From assembly GCA_018303855.1 (NCBI GenBank), contig JAGVXI010000012.1, forward strand, positions 2,403 to 66,402: a DNA stretch of 64,000 bases, read 5' to 3'. The position numbers were made by a program, and so were the translations under genes. The notes beneath the pieces were generated by a model. The model was not told where the DNA came from and searched no databases. It worked only from the letters and a program-made list of their open reading frames with translations. This DNA is from Candidatus Pacearchaeota archaeon (GTDB taxonomy: Archaea; Nanobdellota; Nanobdellia; Pacearchaeales; GW2011-AR1). Below, in pieces: positions 9,995 to 19,987 of the stretch. Numbering within the stretch: position 1 is the stretch's first letter; each line of letters starts with the position of its first letter.

Positions 9995-10417
9995 TCATTC
10001 TCTAATCATGCTCACTTTTAAAATCCCTGTATAATTTCCAATTTCAGCATTTTTTGGTATGTCTATGGTAAGATTTAGTGTTTTATTCTGCATAGAAAGG
10101 ATATTAAAGTTATTTTCTGAAATTACTGCAAAATCTTTTATGTTCCCATTAATTGCTATTGCAACTTTAACATCAAAATCAAACGGGTTTAATATTGTTA
10201 AGTCTTTTGTTAATTTATTGCCTGGCATTCCTGCGCCAAAATTTAGATCAGGGTCTGTATTAATGCCAAGATAATCTGAAACCTTGACATTTAAAGGCAT
10301 TTCCTGCATATGAACAATTTTTGTTTTGCCGGCATTAGAGATTATGATAATTGAGGTAAATGAAGCTATTGCTGTTAAGATTATAATAAGAATAATGACT
10401 TTTTGTTGCTTGTTCAT
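9995..10417 (-). CDS. Membrane-anchored Ig-like protein
   Basis: N-terminal TM, LNFG, IP.NA..GNYTG.L pattern. Confidence 0.75.
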   Translation of the reverse strand: MNKQQKVIILIIILTAIASFTSIIIISNAGKTKIVHMQEMPLNVKVSDYLGINTDPDLNFGAGMPGNKLTKDLTILNPFDFDVKVAIAINGNIKDFAVISENNFNILSMQNKTLNLTIDIPKNAEIGNYTGILKVSMIRE

Positions 10418-10424
10418 TTTTTAA

Positions 10425-11396
10425 TTATAAGCCCTGCTGAAATTGCTGAAATTGCTGTGCTTGTGGTTGTTGAAATTCTGGTTGTTCTTGAATCGGAAAC
10501 TCTTGGGCATCATTTTTTTTCTTTTTTTCCCTCAACAAAAAAATAAGAAATAAAATCAGTAAAATTATAAATATTACAATGGTTACCCAAAACCAAGCAC
10601 TTCCAATGATTCCCTGTTTTTCAAGAACCTCCATTGTTGTTTGAGCTGTAACTGTCCTTGAATCATAAAAAACTTCAACCAAGATATTTAAAACTCCAGG
10701 AACTATCTTTTTTGTATTAAAACTGGTTTTTAATGAGCCTTGCTCCTGTGGTTCAAGATTAATCTCATTTGTTTTAAGCATTTCAATTTGTTCTTTTCCG
10801 CGAGAAACATTAACTTCTGCATAAATTCCGCTAAGAGCTGTATCTGACTTACTCTTAATATTTGCAGTAATCATTGCTTCTTCTCCTTGAATAACATTAG
10901 GGGCTTCAATATTTATGATTTCAAGCCTTTTTATTTTTGCAAATTTATCAGAGGCATATTCTGGCGCAACATTAATGAAAACTCTTATTTCATTGCCTGC
11001 AATTACCTGTATCCCTTCATCTCCTGAAGAAATTGCAGGCCTTGCGCCGATTCTTAACTCATGTTTTCCGGCTGTTGAAAAACCTGCTGGGAAATTAATA
11101 ATAATATTAGAAGTTTTTGAGGTTTCATCCTGGCTAAAAGAAAGTTGTTTTGTGCCTATTTCCACTATGTTCTCAAACTCAGGAATAATGTTCTTATCTA
11201 ACTGATTATAGTTGACATAAACTTCTGCATTTTGGTCTTTTGCGGGCATGTTATATATCTGCATATCAAAGTTAACTTTGGCATTTGGTTGAAAATCAAA
11301 TTCAATAATCCCAGGCGAAACTCCCAAAGCAGAGATTAAATTGCTTACTAAAATTGCAAATAGTAATAAAAACAGGATTAAGGTATGTTTTCCCAT
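10425..11396 (-). CDS. Secreted Ig/CARDB-like surface protein with C-terminal TM and Q-rich tail
   Basis: Signal peptide, ALGVSPG start, beta-rich body, C-terminal TM plus KKKK. Confidence 0.8.
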   Translation of the reverse strand: MGKHTLILFLLLFAILVSNLISALGVSPGIIEFDFQPNAKVNFDMQIYNMPAKDQNAEVYVNYNQLDKNIIPEFENIVEIGTKQLSFSQDETSKTSNIIINFPAGFSTAGKHELRIGARPAISSGDEGIQVIAGNEIRVFINVAPEYASDKFAKIKRLEIINIEAPNVIQGEEAMITANIKSKSDTALSGIYAEVNVSRGKEQIEMLKTNEINLEPQEQGSLKTSFNTKKIVPGVLNILVEVFYDSRTVTAQTTMEVLEKQGIIGSAWFWVTIVIFIILLILFLIFLLREKKKKNDAQEFPIQEQPEFQQPQAQQFQQFQQGL

Positions 11397-11681
11397 ATAA
11401 AGTCTAGAAATTTTTAATATATTAACTTTTCCTTGTCAAATTGCAGCAGTTATTTGCTCACAAATTATAACAAAGGACGCTTTTGTTTACCAGCATTTTG
11501 CGCTTTTGCTAGATAGCAAACTACAAAGAAAGTAGAGGAAAATTAAAGTTGTTTATTATAATTATAAAAAGTGGGTTCGCATAGTTTAATAGGTTAATTT
11601 ACATTGGGTATTATTTATCTCCTCAATTAAAAATTAAATGAATCTATTAGAATCGATATAGATTATATCTGCTAAATAAAA

Positions 11682-12377
11682 TTATATTAAAACAGATTGT
11701 GTTCCTGTCACAACAACAATAGTAGATTTTGGAGTTGTTGTCTCTTCTGTTGCAGCTTTAATAGCTATATGCATCTGTACTTCATCCGTATTATCGTCAG
11801 GGAATAAAGCTCCGACATCTGCTAAGGAATTTGTTGCTTGAAGGTCACATTTTGATGTACTAATGCATCCATATCCCTCATTTATGTAGTTAAATCCTAT
11901 ACTATAACATTCTCCACTTTGAGAAAGCGTACAGTCATCAAACTGCACTAAAACTCCTTCATTTTGGTAGTTTGTAGGATTTTCAAACCAGTATTTAACA
12001 TAACTTGAAGGACTTGAGAATAAAGATGTTCCAGAATAGCTAACACTTAAATCGGAAGTAACACTTCCATCATTTCTTATTAAGAATGGTCTTGGCGGAG
12101 GAGGTGCTCCTCCAGCAGCATCATTTGTAGTGCTTGTTGTGTACTCAACTGTTCTTACGACATTGCTAAAAGCAACAGTATCAGAAACATCTGCTTTAAC
12201 ACTGCTGTCAACAATTATAATATTAATTAAATCTCCTGCAAGCGCAACATTTAATGTTCCTTCTTGTGCTGGGCCAAATAATGCCTGACGCTGTAAAGAA
12301 ATTGTCAAGTAACTGACAGCACCTGCAACTATTATAACCAAAATCAAACTCAAAATAATAAAATTTTTTTTCTTCAT
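11682..12377 (-). CDS. Secreted/membrane-anchored surface protein
   Basis: N-terminal TM, PF.IRNDG motif, Cys pairs; start placed at MKKKNF. Confidence 0.75.
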   Translation of the reverse strand: MKKKNFIILSLILVIIVAGAVSYLTISLQRQALFGPAQEGTLNVALAGDLINIIIVDSSVKADVSDTVAFSNVVRTVEYTTSTTNDAAGGAPPPPRPFLIRNDGSVTSDLSVSYSGTSLFSSPSSYVKYWFENPTNYQNEGVLVQFDDCTLSQSGECYSIGFNYINEGYGCISTSKCDLQATNSLADVGALFPDDNTDEVQMHIAIKAATEETTTPKSTIVVVTGTQSVLI

Positions 12378-12378
12378 T

Positions 12379-12594
12379 TTAACTTTCTTTTGCGAAATCA
12401 ACTTTTATATCTCCAAACTCATCTCCGCCACCATTCATCCTAACAACAATCTGACCTGTGTCCAGGGATTTTTGGTTAATTGCAGGCTGAGAAATATTAA
12501 CAACTAACAGGCTGATAATAACTGACAAAATAAAAGCGATAATCAAAATTGCAACTACTTCTCTATTGCTTATTTCTTCCCTGCTCTTTTTCAT
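12379..12594 (-). CDS. Small membrane protein
   Basis: EISN.....L+TM N-terminus, tightly coupled to the downstream gene. Confidence 0.7.
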   Translation of the reverse strand: MKKSREEISNREVVAILIIAFILSVIISLLVVNISQPAINQKSLDTGQIVVRMNGGGDEFGDIKVDFAKES

Positions 12595-12742
12595 AGTAAA
12601 ATTGAGTAAAGGGCATTTAAATATCTTTCGCGTTTTGCGGTTTTAATTAATAAAATAATAGCTTATATATTAAATTGGTATTTACTATATGAAAAAGCTT
12701 TTTTATCACTTATTAGCTTAGCAACATCAGCGTTTTTTATAC

Positions 12743-13210
12743 CTAACATTTCACAACCATTTTTGCATTAAGAATACAGTCATTAATTTTTAAAATAGCT
12801 TCTTTAAACTCCCAGTTCTCAGCAGATGTAGTGCTAAAAAAATAAGTTTTTTTGCTGTTTGGTTTAAGGATAACGCAGTTTCCGCAATTATCAGAGCAAA
12901 ACCACTCTTCTCCCCCAATTATAAATTCAATATCTTCAAAATAATAGTTGTCAAGACTTCTTCCCAGTGTAACTTCAAACTCTTCTGTTTCCAAATTGTA
13001 ACACGCATATTCTATTTTTATTGGTGTGTTTATCTGTATATCCAAGCAATCAAATTTTGGAGCTAAAGCTGGCTCATTTATTATACTGTTAACCACCACC
13101 CAAACCAAAGAGATTGCAACTAAACTGATTAATATTGTAATCACTGTTGCAATGACTTCTGAAATTCCTTTCTTGTTCATTTTATCATTTATTATTTTAA
13201 TTTTTTGCAT
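12743..13210 (-). CDS. Archaeal type IV pilin-like protein
   Basis: Class III signal KKG|ISEVIATV followed by hydrophobic helix. Confidence 0.85.
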   Translation of the reverse strand: MQKIKIINDKMNKKGISEVIATVITILISLVAISLVWVVVNSIINEPALAPKFDCLDIQINTPIKIEYACYNLETEEFEVTLGRSLDNYYFEDIEFIIGGEEWFCSDNCGNCVILKPNSKKTYFFSTTSAENWEFKEAILKINDCILNAKMVVKC

Positions 13211-14307
13211 GGTTTATTATCTATACCCTCTAAATTTATTTCTGTTATTACTTCTCCATCCGAAAGAATTTCAAAAGATTTTGAATCTTCAACTACAGGT
13301 GCTTTTAGCAAAAATTCTCCTTCATTTATCAAGACATCACCAATAATCTCCCCACTTTCAGAATCAATATCTGTAAAAATAAATTCTGGGTTAAATTCTC
13401 CGTCTATAGCAGCAGAACCATCTGTTTTAATTAGTGCATAATTAAAATCCCCAATACCGTTTTTTCCAACACATCCTTTTTCAATATTCTTATTTTTAAT
13501 TTTAATCTCTCCATCACTATGCTCCCCCTCAATTAAATAATACTCTTTGTTCTTACAATTCTTAACGCTTTCTATCACAAATCCAGTTATGCTCTGTTTT
13601 CCCTCCTCTATTTTATCCAAAATTAGTCTTTCATTAAACAAGCCATAATCATTTGAAAGCAGACTTTTCATAATTCCACTGTTAACAGACCTAAAATAGT
13701 TTTCCTTAGAACAACCTTCAAAACATCCGTCTTTTTTATCAGAAAATTTTTCGCATGATGCAACACAATTCCTGGCTTTTCTTGGAAGTTTTGCAGGTAC
13801 ATACTCATCAGCAAGATATGCAAAATTATGCCCAAACTCATGGGCAATTATTGTTTTTTGGTTTTGTGAGTTAATGCTTAGAACATTCATGTATGAAGAG
13901 CTTCTGACATTTGCATTTTCATTATTAATAACAATTATATGGTCATTCGGGCATGATGAAGATTTTTTAACAAGTTCCTTTGAATAGCAGAACAAAGCAA
14001 TGCCTTTGTATATCTCGCATTCTGGCTTGTAAGTATCAATATAGTAAAAATTAAAAAAATCCCTGTTATCGCTAAACGGCTTTATATTAAATAAAATCTC
14101 TGAATATTCTTTTGCAGTATTTTTATTGCTAAAAAAAAGAATATTCACGGCCCCCTCGCCTTCATAACTGAGTGTTTTACATTCCTCAAGTATCGTAGCC
14201 CCAGAACCAGGACTTAATAATTTATTAGGATTTAGTATGATAAAGATTATTAATATGAGGATTATAGCAGATAAGATTGCTCCAGCATAAATAAAAGCTC
14301 TTTTCAT
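13192..14307 (-). CDS. Membrane-anchored zinc metallopeptidase (M64-like)
   Basis: HEFGH..A.LADEY zincin motif, N-terminal TM, Met-turn-like IMKS. Confidence 0.8.
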   Translation of the reverse strand: MKRAFIYAGAILSAIILILIIFIILNPNKLLSPGSGATILEECKTLSYEGEGAVNILFFSNKNTAKEYSEILFNIKPFSDNRDFFNFYYIDTYKPECEIYKGIALFCYSKELVKKSSSCPNDHIIVINNENANVRSSSYMNVLSINSQNQKTIIAHEFGHNFAYLADEYVPAKLPRKARNCVASCEKFSDKKDGCFEGCSKENYFRSVNSGIMKSLLSNDYGLFNERLILDKIEEGKQSITGFVIESVKNCKNKEYYLIEGEHSDGEIKIKNKNIEKGCVGKNGIGDFNYALIKTDGSAAIDGEFNPEFIFTDIDSESGEIIGDVLINEGEFLLKAPVVEDSKSFEILSDGEVITEINLEGIDNKPCKKLK

Positions 14308-14550
14308 GGTTTAATTAAAGAAAAAGAATTATAAAAACCTTTTTAACACGTTGGTTATTTAACTGATATTAGTTATTATTAAAATATTAAGGTTGGCGGA
14401 TAAATTTAGTTAATTACAAAATCTTATTATTCTAAACTTGTTCTGTTAGGCTTCCTCCTAGTGTGGTTTACCAACGAAAAACTTAACGAAGTCTGTTTTA
14501 AGTAATTAATAGGTGAGCGAAGCGAATGTAGTTAATTAATCATCAAAAAC

Positions 14551-14928
14551 TCATTCAGTTTCTCCGGGTTCTTCTTCTGCAACTTCCTCAACTTCGTCTT
14601 CTGGCTGTGCCAATTCCATAATCTCTCCCTCTTTTGCAATGTCTTCTTCTTCTTTTTGCTCCAGCTCTTTCTTTTTTTCATCACTGATCTTTTTGTCAGC
14701 AACTTTCTTAAGCTCTTCTTCTATTTTTTTAGGAAACGGCTTTTTGATTGAAATTGGCAATACTCCTGACTCAAGCTCAATTTCAGCGATTTTAATAGGA
14801 TTATACTTTATCTTTTCCAAATCTTCTGGGGTTATTTTAATTAGAAGAGGCGCGTTCATTGATATCTGCAAAGCTCTTGCTCCAAGAATTCTTGCGGTTT
14901 CGTACTTAGAAAAATCTTGTAAATTCAT
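14551..14928 (-). CDS. rpoK: RNA polymerase subunit K (Rpo6) with acidic tail
   Basis: SKYETARILGARALQISMNAP...PI.IAE.EL..GVLPI. Confidence 0.96.
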   Translation of the reverse strand: MNLQDFSKYETARILGARALQISMNAPLLIKITPEDLEKIKYNPIKIAEIELESGVLPISIKKPFPKKIEEELKKVADKKISDEKKKELEQKEEEDIAKEGEIMELAQPEDEVEEVAEEEPGETE

Positions 14929-15199
14929 TTTTATTGTTTTTTGATGAAATTGTTAAGCCTTATTATAAACTTGCTGTTATTAGTTATAACATTAAAACTT
15001 TTTAACCTTCTTAACTGGTTTTTAGTCTTATAATCGTATTTTATTCCTTCTGCCATTTTATTATAGTTATTGATTATCAATATAATATAATTTATACACA
15101 TAGTTTTTTGTTTAAATTATCAGTCCATGGATTTTTTAGTATTCTTTATGCCTGTTTTGAACGTTATTTTTAATTAATTATCGCTTACTAAAAAGTTTT

Positions 15200-16000
15200 T
15201 TACTTTAAAAACTTTTCAAGTTTGGGCCAAATTTTTTTATACGCTTTTTCAGCAATCTCAAATATTTGCCAAACTTCTTCTATGTTTAATTCTTTGCTGT
15301 TTCCTTTTTGCATAGATGAAAATAACGGGCCTTCACTTAATCCCATTGTCAGCCTGGTTTCAGATGCATCTTCTTCTTCTTTTGAAGGGTCAATAATTAA
15401 ACTGTTATCTATCTTGTGGACTGTTATAGACAAAGGAATTGTTTTATTTAATGGCAATGGCTCTTTTGTCAGTTCTCCAAACTCAACCTTCTCAGTTTTT
15501 TCATTATACTTAGGCATTTTCGCATTTTTCAATGCTGCTAAAGCTCCAATGCCAGCAGCATCCAGCAAATTTCCGTCGTCATTTATTGAATAAATATCAA
15601 TGAAAACTGTCCAAACTTTTTCTCCTTCTTTGATGCATAATTTGCTGAAGTCAATAAATTTGCTTTCTCTTATTCCCCTGTCAATCACTCTTGCAAGTTC
15701 AATTGCTGCAATTGTTGGAGGCCCAAGCTCAAACCTGTCAGAACTTAACGGCAATAATTCAGTAGTCACCATCATATTTCCCTCATCCTGCGAGTCAGGG
15801 TAAGGTTCGCCAACATCTAATTTTACGCCAACCATAACCTCTGTTTTGCCTATTTTAACTCTCGCGCTTCCTTCTGCTTTTTTTGAAATTCCAGTTTCTA
15901 TTTTTATATCCCTGTATTCATCAAGCCCACGCTCATCAAACCTTTTGCCTTGCTCAAGATATTCTTTTATTCTCTCTATTGTTAATATTGAAGTTTTCAT
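15200..16000 (-). CDS. rrp42: Exosome subunit Rrp42
   Basis: RFDERGLDEYR, AEGSARVKIG.T, ELARVIDRGIRES, DDGNLLDA. Confidence 0.95.
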   Translation of the reverse strand: MKTSILTIERIKEYLEQGKRFDERGLDEYRDIKIETGISKKAEGSARVKIGKTEVMVGVKLDVGEPYPDSQDEGNMMVTTELLPLSSDRFELGPPTIAAIELARVIDRGIRESKFIDFSKLCIKEGEKVWTVFIDIYSINDDGNLLDAAGIGALAALKNAKMPKYNEKTEKVEFGELTKEPLPLNKTIPLSITVHKIDNSLIIDPSKEEEDASETRLTMGLSEGPLFSSMQKGNSKELNIEEVWQIFEIAEKAYKKIWPKLEKFLK

Positions 16001-16164
16001 TTTGTTTTTTTATCTGATTTAAGTTTAATTCTTCTTTCTAATTTTGATGGCATTATACTATCTTCATCTACTCCTGTTGGTTTTGGATAATTATCTATGA
16101 AAGGATATGGTTTTCCTAAAAATCTGTCCTGATTATACCACTCACTCCAAATCGTGTTTACCAT
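15997..16164 (-). CDS. Small hypothetical protein between rrp41 and rrp42
   Basis: 55 aa from MVNTIW; GAGGAG SD in the rrp41 3' end; ATGA overlap with rrp42. Confidence 0.65.
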   Translation of the reverse strand: MVNTIWSEWYNQDRFLGKPYPFIDNYPKPTGVDEDSIMPSKLERRIKLKSDKKTK

Positions 16165-16165
16165 C

Positions 16166-16885
16166 TTATTGCTCCTCATTTATGCTTTCTTTTAAAGCTT
16201 TTTTCTGAACTTCATAAACTTGTTTAATTGCTTTTCTTGCCAACTCCATTGCTTCTTTATACTGCTTTGGAGTTATGTTCCCATCAAGCTGCATTAATGT
16301 TAATTTATCCTGTGTTGATAAAAATGCAAAAGGCATATCAGTTGCACCTTCTCCTTCTTCCCAGTCTTCTTCATCTTTGTTAACATCTACCACTAGTTGC
16401 TTGTCAAGTTTTCCGATTGATACGCTTGATACTAAGTCTTTCATTGGCACACCAGCATGAGCTAATGCAATGGCAGCAGCATTTATTCCAGCACATCTGG
16501 TTGAAGCATCTGCTTGAATTATGCTTATATGGACGTCAACTACTGTGCTAGGAAATTGCTCAATCTTAAGAGCAGGCGCTAATGCCCATTCTGTAATTTT
16601 GCTTATTTCCTGACTTCTTCTTGACGGCCCTGGTCTAATTCTTTCTGTAACAGAAAAGCTCATCATATTATAAGTGCATCTTAATGTGCCTGTAGCAGGA
16701 TTTTGCGAATGCTGTGGGTGCATTTCTTTTGGACCATAGACTGCAGCTATTGCAATAGTGTCGCCAAATTGAAACATTGCACTTCCGTCGGCATTTGGAA
16801 CAACTCCAACTTTTGCGCTCATGGTTCTAATTTCATCAACTTTTCTTCCGTCTGGTCTTTTGAATGTTTTTTCTTTTGTTGTCAT
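16166..16885 (-). CDS. rrp41: Exosome subunit Rrp41
   Basis: RPDGRK.DE.R, ADGSA, AVYGP, PSRRSQEIS, QADASTR. Confidence 0.96.
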   Translation of the reverse strand: MTTKEKTFKRPDGRKVDEIRTMSAKVGVVPNADGSAMFQFGDTIAIAAVYGPKEMHPQHSQNPATGTLRCTYNMMSFSVTERIRPGPSRRSQEISKITEWALAPALKIEQFPSTVVDVHISIIQADASTRCAGINAAAIALAHAGVPMKDLVSSVSIGKLDKQLVVDVNKDEEDWEEGEGATDMPFAFLSTQDKLTLMQLDGNITPKQYKEAMELARKAIKQVYEVQKKALKESINEEQ

Positions 16886-16887
16886 TT

Positions 16888-17112
16888 TTAATCTTTAACT
16901 TTAATGGTAAATTCTAATTGTTTATTTGGTCTTTTAAATTCTTTTATAATATTTTTAGCCACTCTTAATAATCCTTTTTGAGAAAGCTTTGCTGATTCTC
17001 CGCTCATTGTACTGCTTTCATAGTTAAATGCATACTTAGCTCTACCAACTATTATATCAAAGCGTCCACATTCATTCCCAACAGGCTCTATGAATATTTT
17101 ATATCTATTCAT
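16888..17112 (-). CDS. Small hypothetical protein between rrp4 and rrp41
   Basis: 74 aa, overlaps rrp4 stop, 2 nt before rrp41. Confidence 0.65.
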   Translation of the reverse strand: MNRYKIFIEPVGNECGRFDIIVGRAKYAFNYESSTMSGESAKLSQKGLLRVAKNIIKEFKRPNKQLEFTIKVKD

Positions 17113-17794
17113 TTTTCTTTCCCCCTTTATTTTTTTTATTAAACCATTCCTGCAATTTTTCAGTTAAACCATTAATTGTTGCATTCTCTGTTACAAATAA
17201 AATGCCATTTTTAGCTAAAAGTTCGTCTTCAGTTGTATCGCCTTTTATCCATACATATCCATTTTGTCCAACTGTGATGTTGCATTTTGTTTCATCTTTA
17301 ATAACATTTATCATGCTTCCGCCTTTTCCAATTACTCTTGGCACTTTATTTGAGTTTATTTTTATAATCATGCCGTCATTTAATCTGCCTAACCCTCTTA
17401 GTTTTACGCTTAAATCTATTGATTTTCTTTTTACGCCCATAACTTTTGCTGCAACAATATCCCCAATTTTTATAAATTCTTCAAGTTCATCTGCATGCAC
17501 ATACTTTGGAAATTCGCTAACAGGTAAAAATGCATTTGATGGTGAGCCAATATCAAGTATCCATCCATTAAAGGTTACATTCACACACTCTCCGATAACC
17601 ACATTTCCTTTTCTTGCAGAATATGTTCCCGACAATGAAATAACCTTCACAAGCCTATTTTGTTCTTCTGCAAGCCCATATCTTATTGCAATAATATCAT
17701 TTCCCTGCCTTTCTGTTCCTTCACTCGGCAGATAATCCTCGCCACTGGCTATTACTTCTCCTGGAATTACTATTTTTCTTTCTTCTTCTATCAT
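17105..17794 (-). CDS. rrp4: Exosome RNA-binding subunit Rrp4
   Basis: VIPGE, S1 domain, KH motif VPRVIGKGGSMI, VGQNGYVWI. Confidence 0.95.
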   Translation of the reverse strand: MIEEERKIVIPGEVIASGEDYLPSEGTERQGNDIIAIRYGLAEEQNRLVKVISLSGTYSARKGNVVIGECVNVTFNGWILDIGSPSNAFLPVSEFPKYVHADELEEFIKIGDIVAAKVMGVKRKSIDLSVKLRGLGRLNDGMIIKINSNKVPRVIGKGGSMINVIKDETKCNITVGQNGYVWIKGDTTEDELLAKNGILFVTENATINGLTEKLQEWFNKKNKGGKKNE

Positions 17795-17796
17795 TT

Positions 17797-18471
17797 TTAA
17801 TTTCCCTTAATCTCTTCTGTCACAGCACTTCCGTGCGTGACGTTGTTTAATTTATCATAAAAGTCCATTATTAAACCTGCTGGTACTGAAACTACAATCT
17901 CCAGATCTCCATTGCTTAACCAATCTTCTTTTTCTTTATACTTGCTAGCAACTCCATATGCTTTTCCAGTGTGCATTGCAGGAATAATTATCTTTACTTT
18001 TTTTGTTTCAACTTTGATTGGGATAATCTTTGAAATAGCATCAATAATATCACTCATCTGCTCTTCAATAGGGGTGTTTTTTATATTAATATGTGCCTGT
18101 GTAATTGCAGATTTAATTCTTTCAGGAGTATGTGGACTACCTGTTTTAGGGTCAACAGCATTTTTAACAATCAATTCAATTATCTGCTTCAGTTTTTTTT
18201 CTCTTTCCTCATCCCTGTGTTCCTGTGTGAGTAAAACCTCCCCTTTTTTTACAATCTGCCCAGCAATTTCATAGGTGTCTGTTCCTCCAAAAGCTGTTTT
18301 AAGATCAGCATCAGAAGCTTTGAATCCTTTTTTATGATCAGAAAATATTTGATCTATTTCTAAAAAGTCTATCTGACTTGACTCTCCTTTTTTATACTTT
18401 AATGCCTTGTCAATGTCAACGATAATCTCAAAATTTTTACCTTTTTGTTTTAATCTTGCTGTTGTATTCAT
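17797..18471 (-). CDS. sdo1: Ribosome maturation factor SBDS/Sdo1
   Basis: ARL...GKNFEI, IFSD.KKG, DPKT..PH.PERI. Confidence 0.95.
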   Translation of the reverse strand: MNTTARLKQKGKNFEIIVDIDKALKYKKGESSQIDFLEIDQIFSDHKKGFKASDADLKTAFGGTDTYEIAGQIVKKGEVLLTQEHRDEEREKKLKQIIELIVKNAVDPKTGSPHTPERIKSAITQAHINIKNTPIEEQMSDIIDAISKIIPIKVETKKVKIIIPAMHTGKAYGVASKYKEKEDWLSNGDLEIVVSVPAGLIMDFYDKLNNVTHGSAVTEEIKGN

Positions 18472-18540
18472 TTTCTACATTCCTTAGAGAAAATTAATGC
18501 TAAAAAATGTTTTACTTTTTTTATATTCATTTTGATAATT

Positions 18541-19266
18541 TTATTTTGAGTAATCTTTTAACTCCTCTCCTTCTATTCTTTTTAACTTTCCTTTGTCTTT
18601 GTCAATATAAACTAATTCAAATTTGTCAATCTCAAATTCTTTCCCTTTCAATTCCTTGAAAATAGATAAAGCAAGCTTTACTCCTTGTTTAATTGTTGAT
18701 TTTTGACTATATCTGTCCTTAAGTTTATCCTTAATAACTGAATCATTCTCGCCTATTGCGTTTGCAAGATACGAAGCATAATTTCCTGTAATGTCGCTTG
18801 TAAATAACTCTGGTTTTTTTCCATTTATTCCTGCCAAGAGAATTGAAACTCCGAACGGCCTAGCCCCTCCGTATTGTGTGAACTGCTGCTTGATATTTGA
18901 CAATTCCCTAATTATAACTTCTGGTTCAATTTCAGAATCATAAGTTACTCTATGCTGCTGCGCTAATAACTGGGCTTTTTCCATTAAAATTCTTCCGTCA
19001 GAAACAATTCCAGCAGAACTTGCGATTATATGTTCGTCAATTTCATAAATTTTGCTTGCTGACTTTGGAGCTATTAAAATATCATGTATTCGCTTATCAG
19101 CTAATATAAAAACTCCGTCACTGCAAACCATACCAATGCTTGAGTTTCCAAGCCTCACAGCTTTTTCCCCATATTCAACCTGTAAAAGTTTCCCTTCTGG
19201 AGAAAACATAGTTGCTGTTCTATCATAGCCCATTGCTTGATGCTGTACATCTACAGGCATTTCCAT
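18541..19266 (-). CDS. psmA: Proteasome alpha subunit
   Basis: GYDRTATMFSPEGKLLQVEY, TQYGGARPFGVS. Confidence 0.97.
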   Translation of the reverse strand: MEMPVDVQHQAMGYDRTATMFSPEGKLLQVEYGEKAVRLGNSSIGMVCSDGVFILADKRIHDILIAPKSASKIYEIDEHIIASSAGIVSDGRILMEKAQLLAQQHRVTYDSEIEPEVIIRELSNIKQQFTQYGGARPFGVSILLAGINGKKPELFTSDITGNYASYLANAIGENDSVIKDKLKDRYSQKSTIKQGVKLALSIFKELKGKEFEIDKFELVYIDKDKGKLKRIEGEELKDYSK

Positions 19267-19355
19267 TTTATTTGTATTTTGCTAGAAGTTTATAATAATA
19301 AACTCAAATTTACTTCTTTATCTCCTTCCTCAATTTTTACAAGAACTTATGGTTT

Positions 19356-19679
19356 TTAAATTTTTCCTAAGCTTTTTTTAACAACCCCAAGCCCCTTTAA
19401 ACTTCCACTTACTCTTTTAACTGTTATTTTTTCAGGCCAAATTGCCAAGCTTGCTCTGACTAAATCTATTGCCTCGCGGTTAACAGCAACAACAGCTTTA
19501 TTTTTTCCGACATCTAACTCAATAAACCCAGGCGAGGCTTTTTTCAAGCCAAGTATTCCACTAAACTCCAAAATAGCCTGCTCAATATTCCTGTCAAGGT
19601 TTTTTCCTTCAACCAGCAAGTATCTTTTATTTTCTCTCATGCTTGGTTTTAAGGGTTTTAATTTGTGGGGGTTTTTCAT
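19356..19679 (-). CDS. pop5: RNase P protein Rpp14/Pop5
   Basis: LKPSMRENKRYL...VSGSLK; usual position upstream of psmA. Confidence 0.88.
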   Translation of the reverse strand: MKNPHKLKPLKPSMRENKRYLLVEGKNLDRNIEQAILEFSGILGLKKASPGFIELDVGKNKAVVAVNREAIDLVRASLAIWPEKITVKRVSGSLKGLGVVKKSLGKI

Positions 19680-19987
19680 GTTCTTTTTTGTTTAGTAAAA
19701 TATTTTTCAAAAAATTTATAACCGACGAGGATGCAGTATGGAACCAATAAGAAAAATAAATAGTCTTCTAAAGGGAGATAACCAATGAATATACCCAGTG
19801 TCTCTTTACCAGAGTAAGTCCAATGTCCATTATAAACAGCATAATTATCCCAAGCTGTACCTATAATGAATGTTAAGATGTACAATAAAATCATTTGTGT
19901 GCTACTTTTAAATATTTTAACTTTAGAAATCTTGTGAATTGCAAAAAATATAACAAAAAAGGCTATCTCAATTAATAGATATTCCAT
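19676..19987 (-). CDS. Lycopene cyclase domain (CrtYc/d-like) membrane protein
   Basis: WD.YAV..GHW.Y...LGI.IG.LPLEDYLFF motif. Confidence 0.8.
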   Translation of the reverse strand: MEYLLIEIAFFVIFFAIHKISKVKIFKSSTQMILLYILTFIIGTAWDNYAVYNGHWTYSGKETLGIFIGYLPLEDYLFFLLVPYCILVGYKFFEKYFTKQKRT

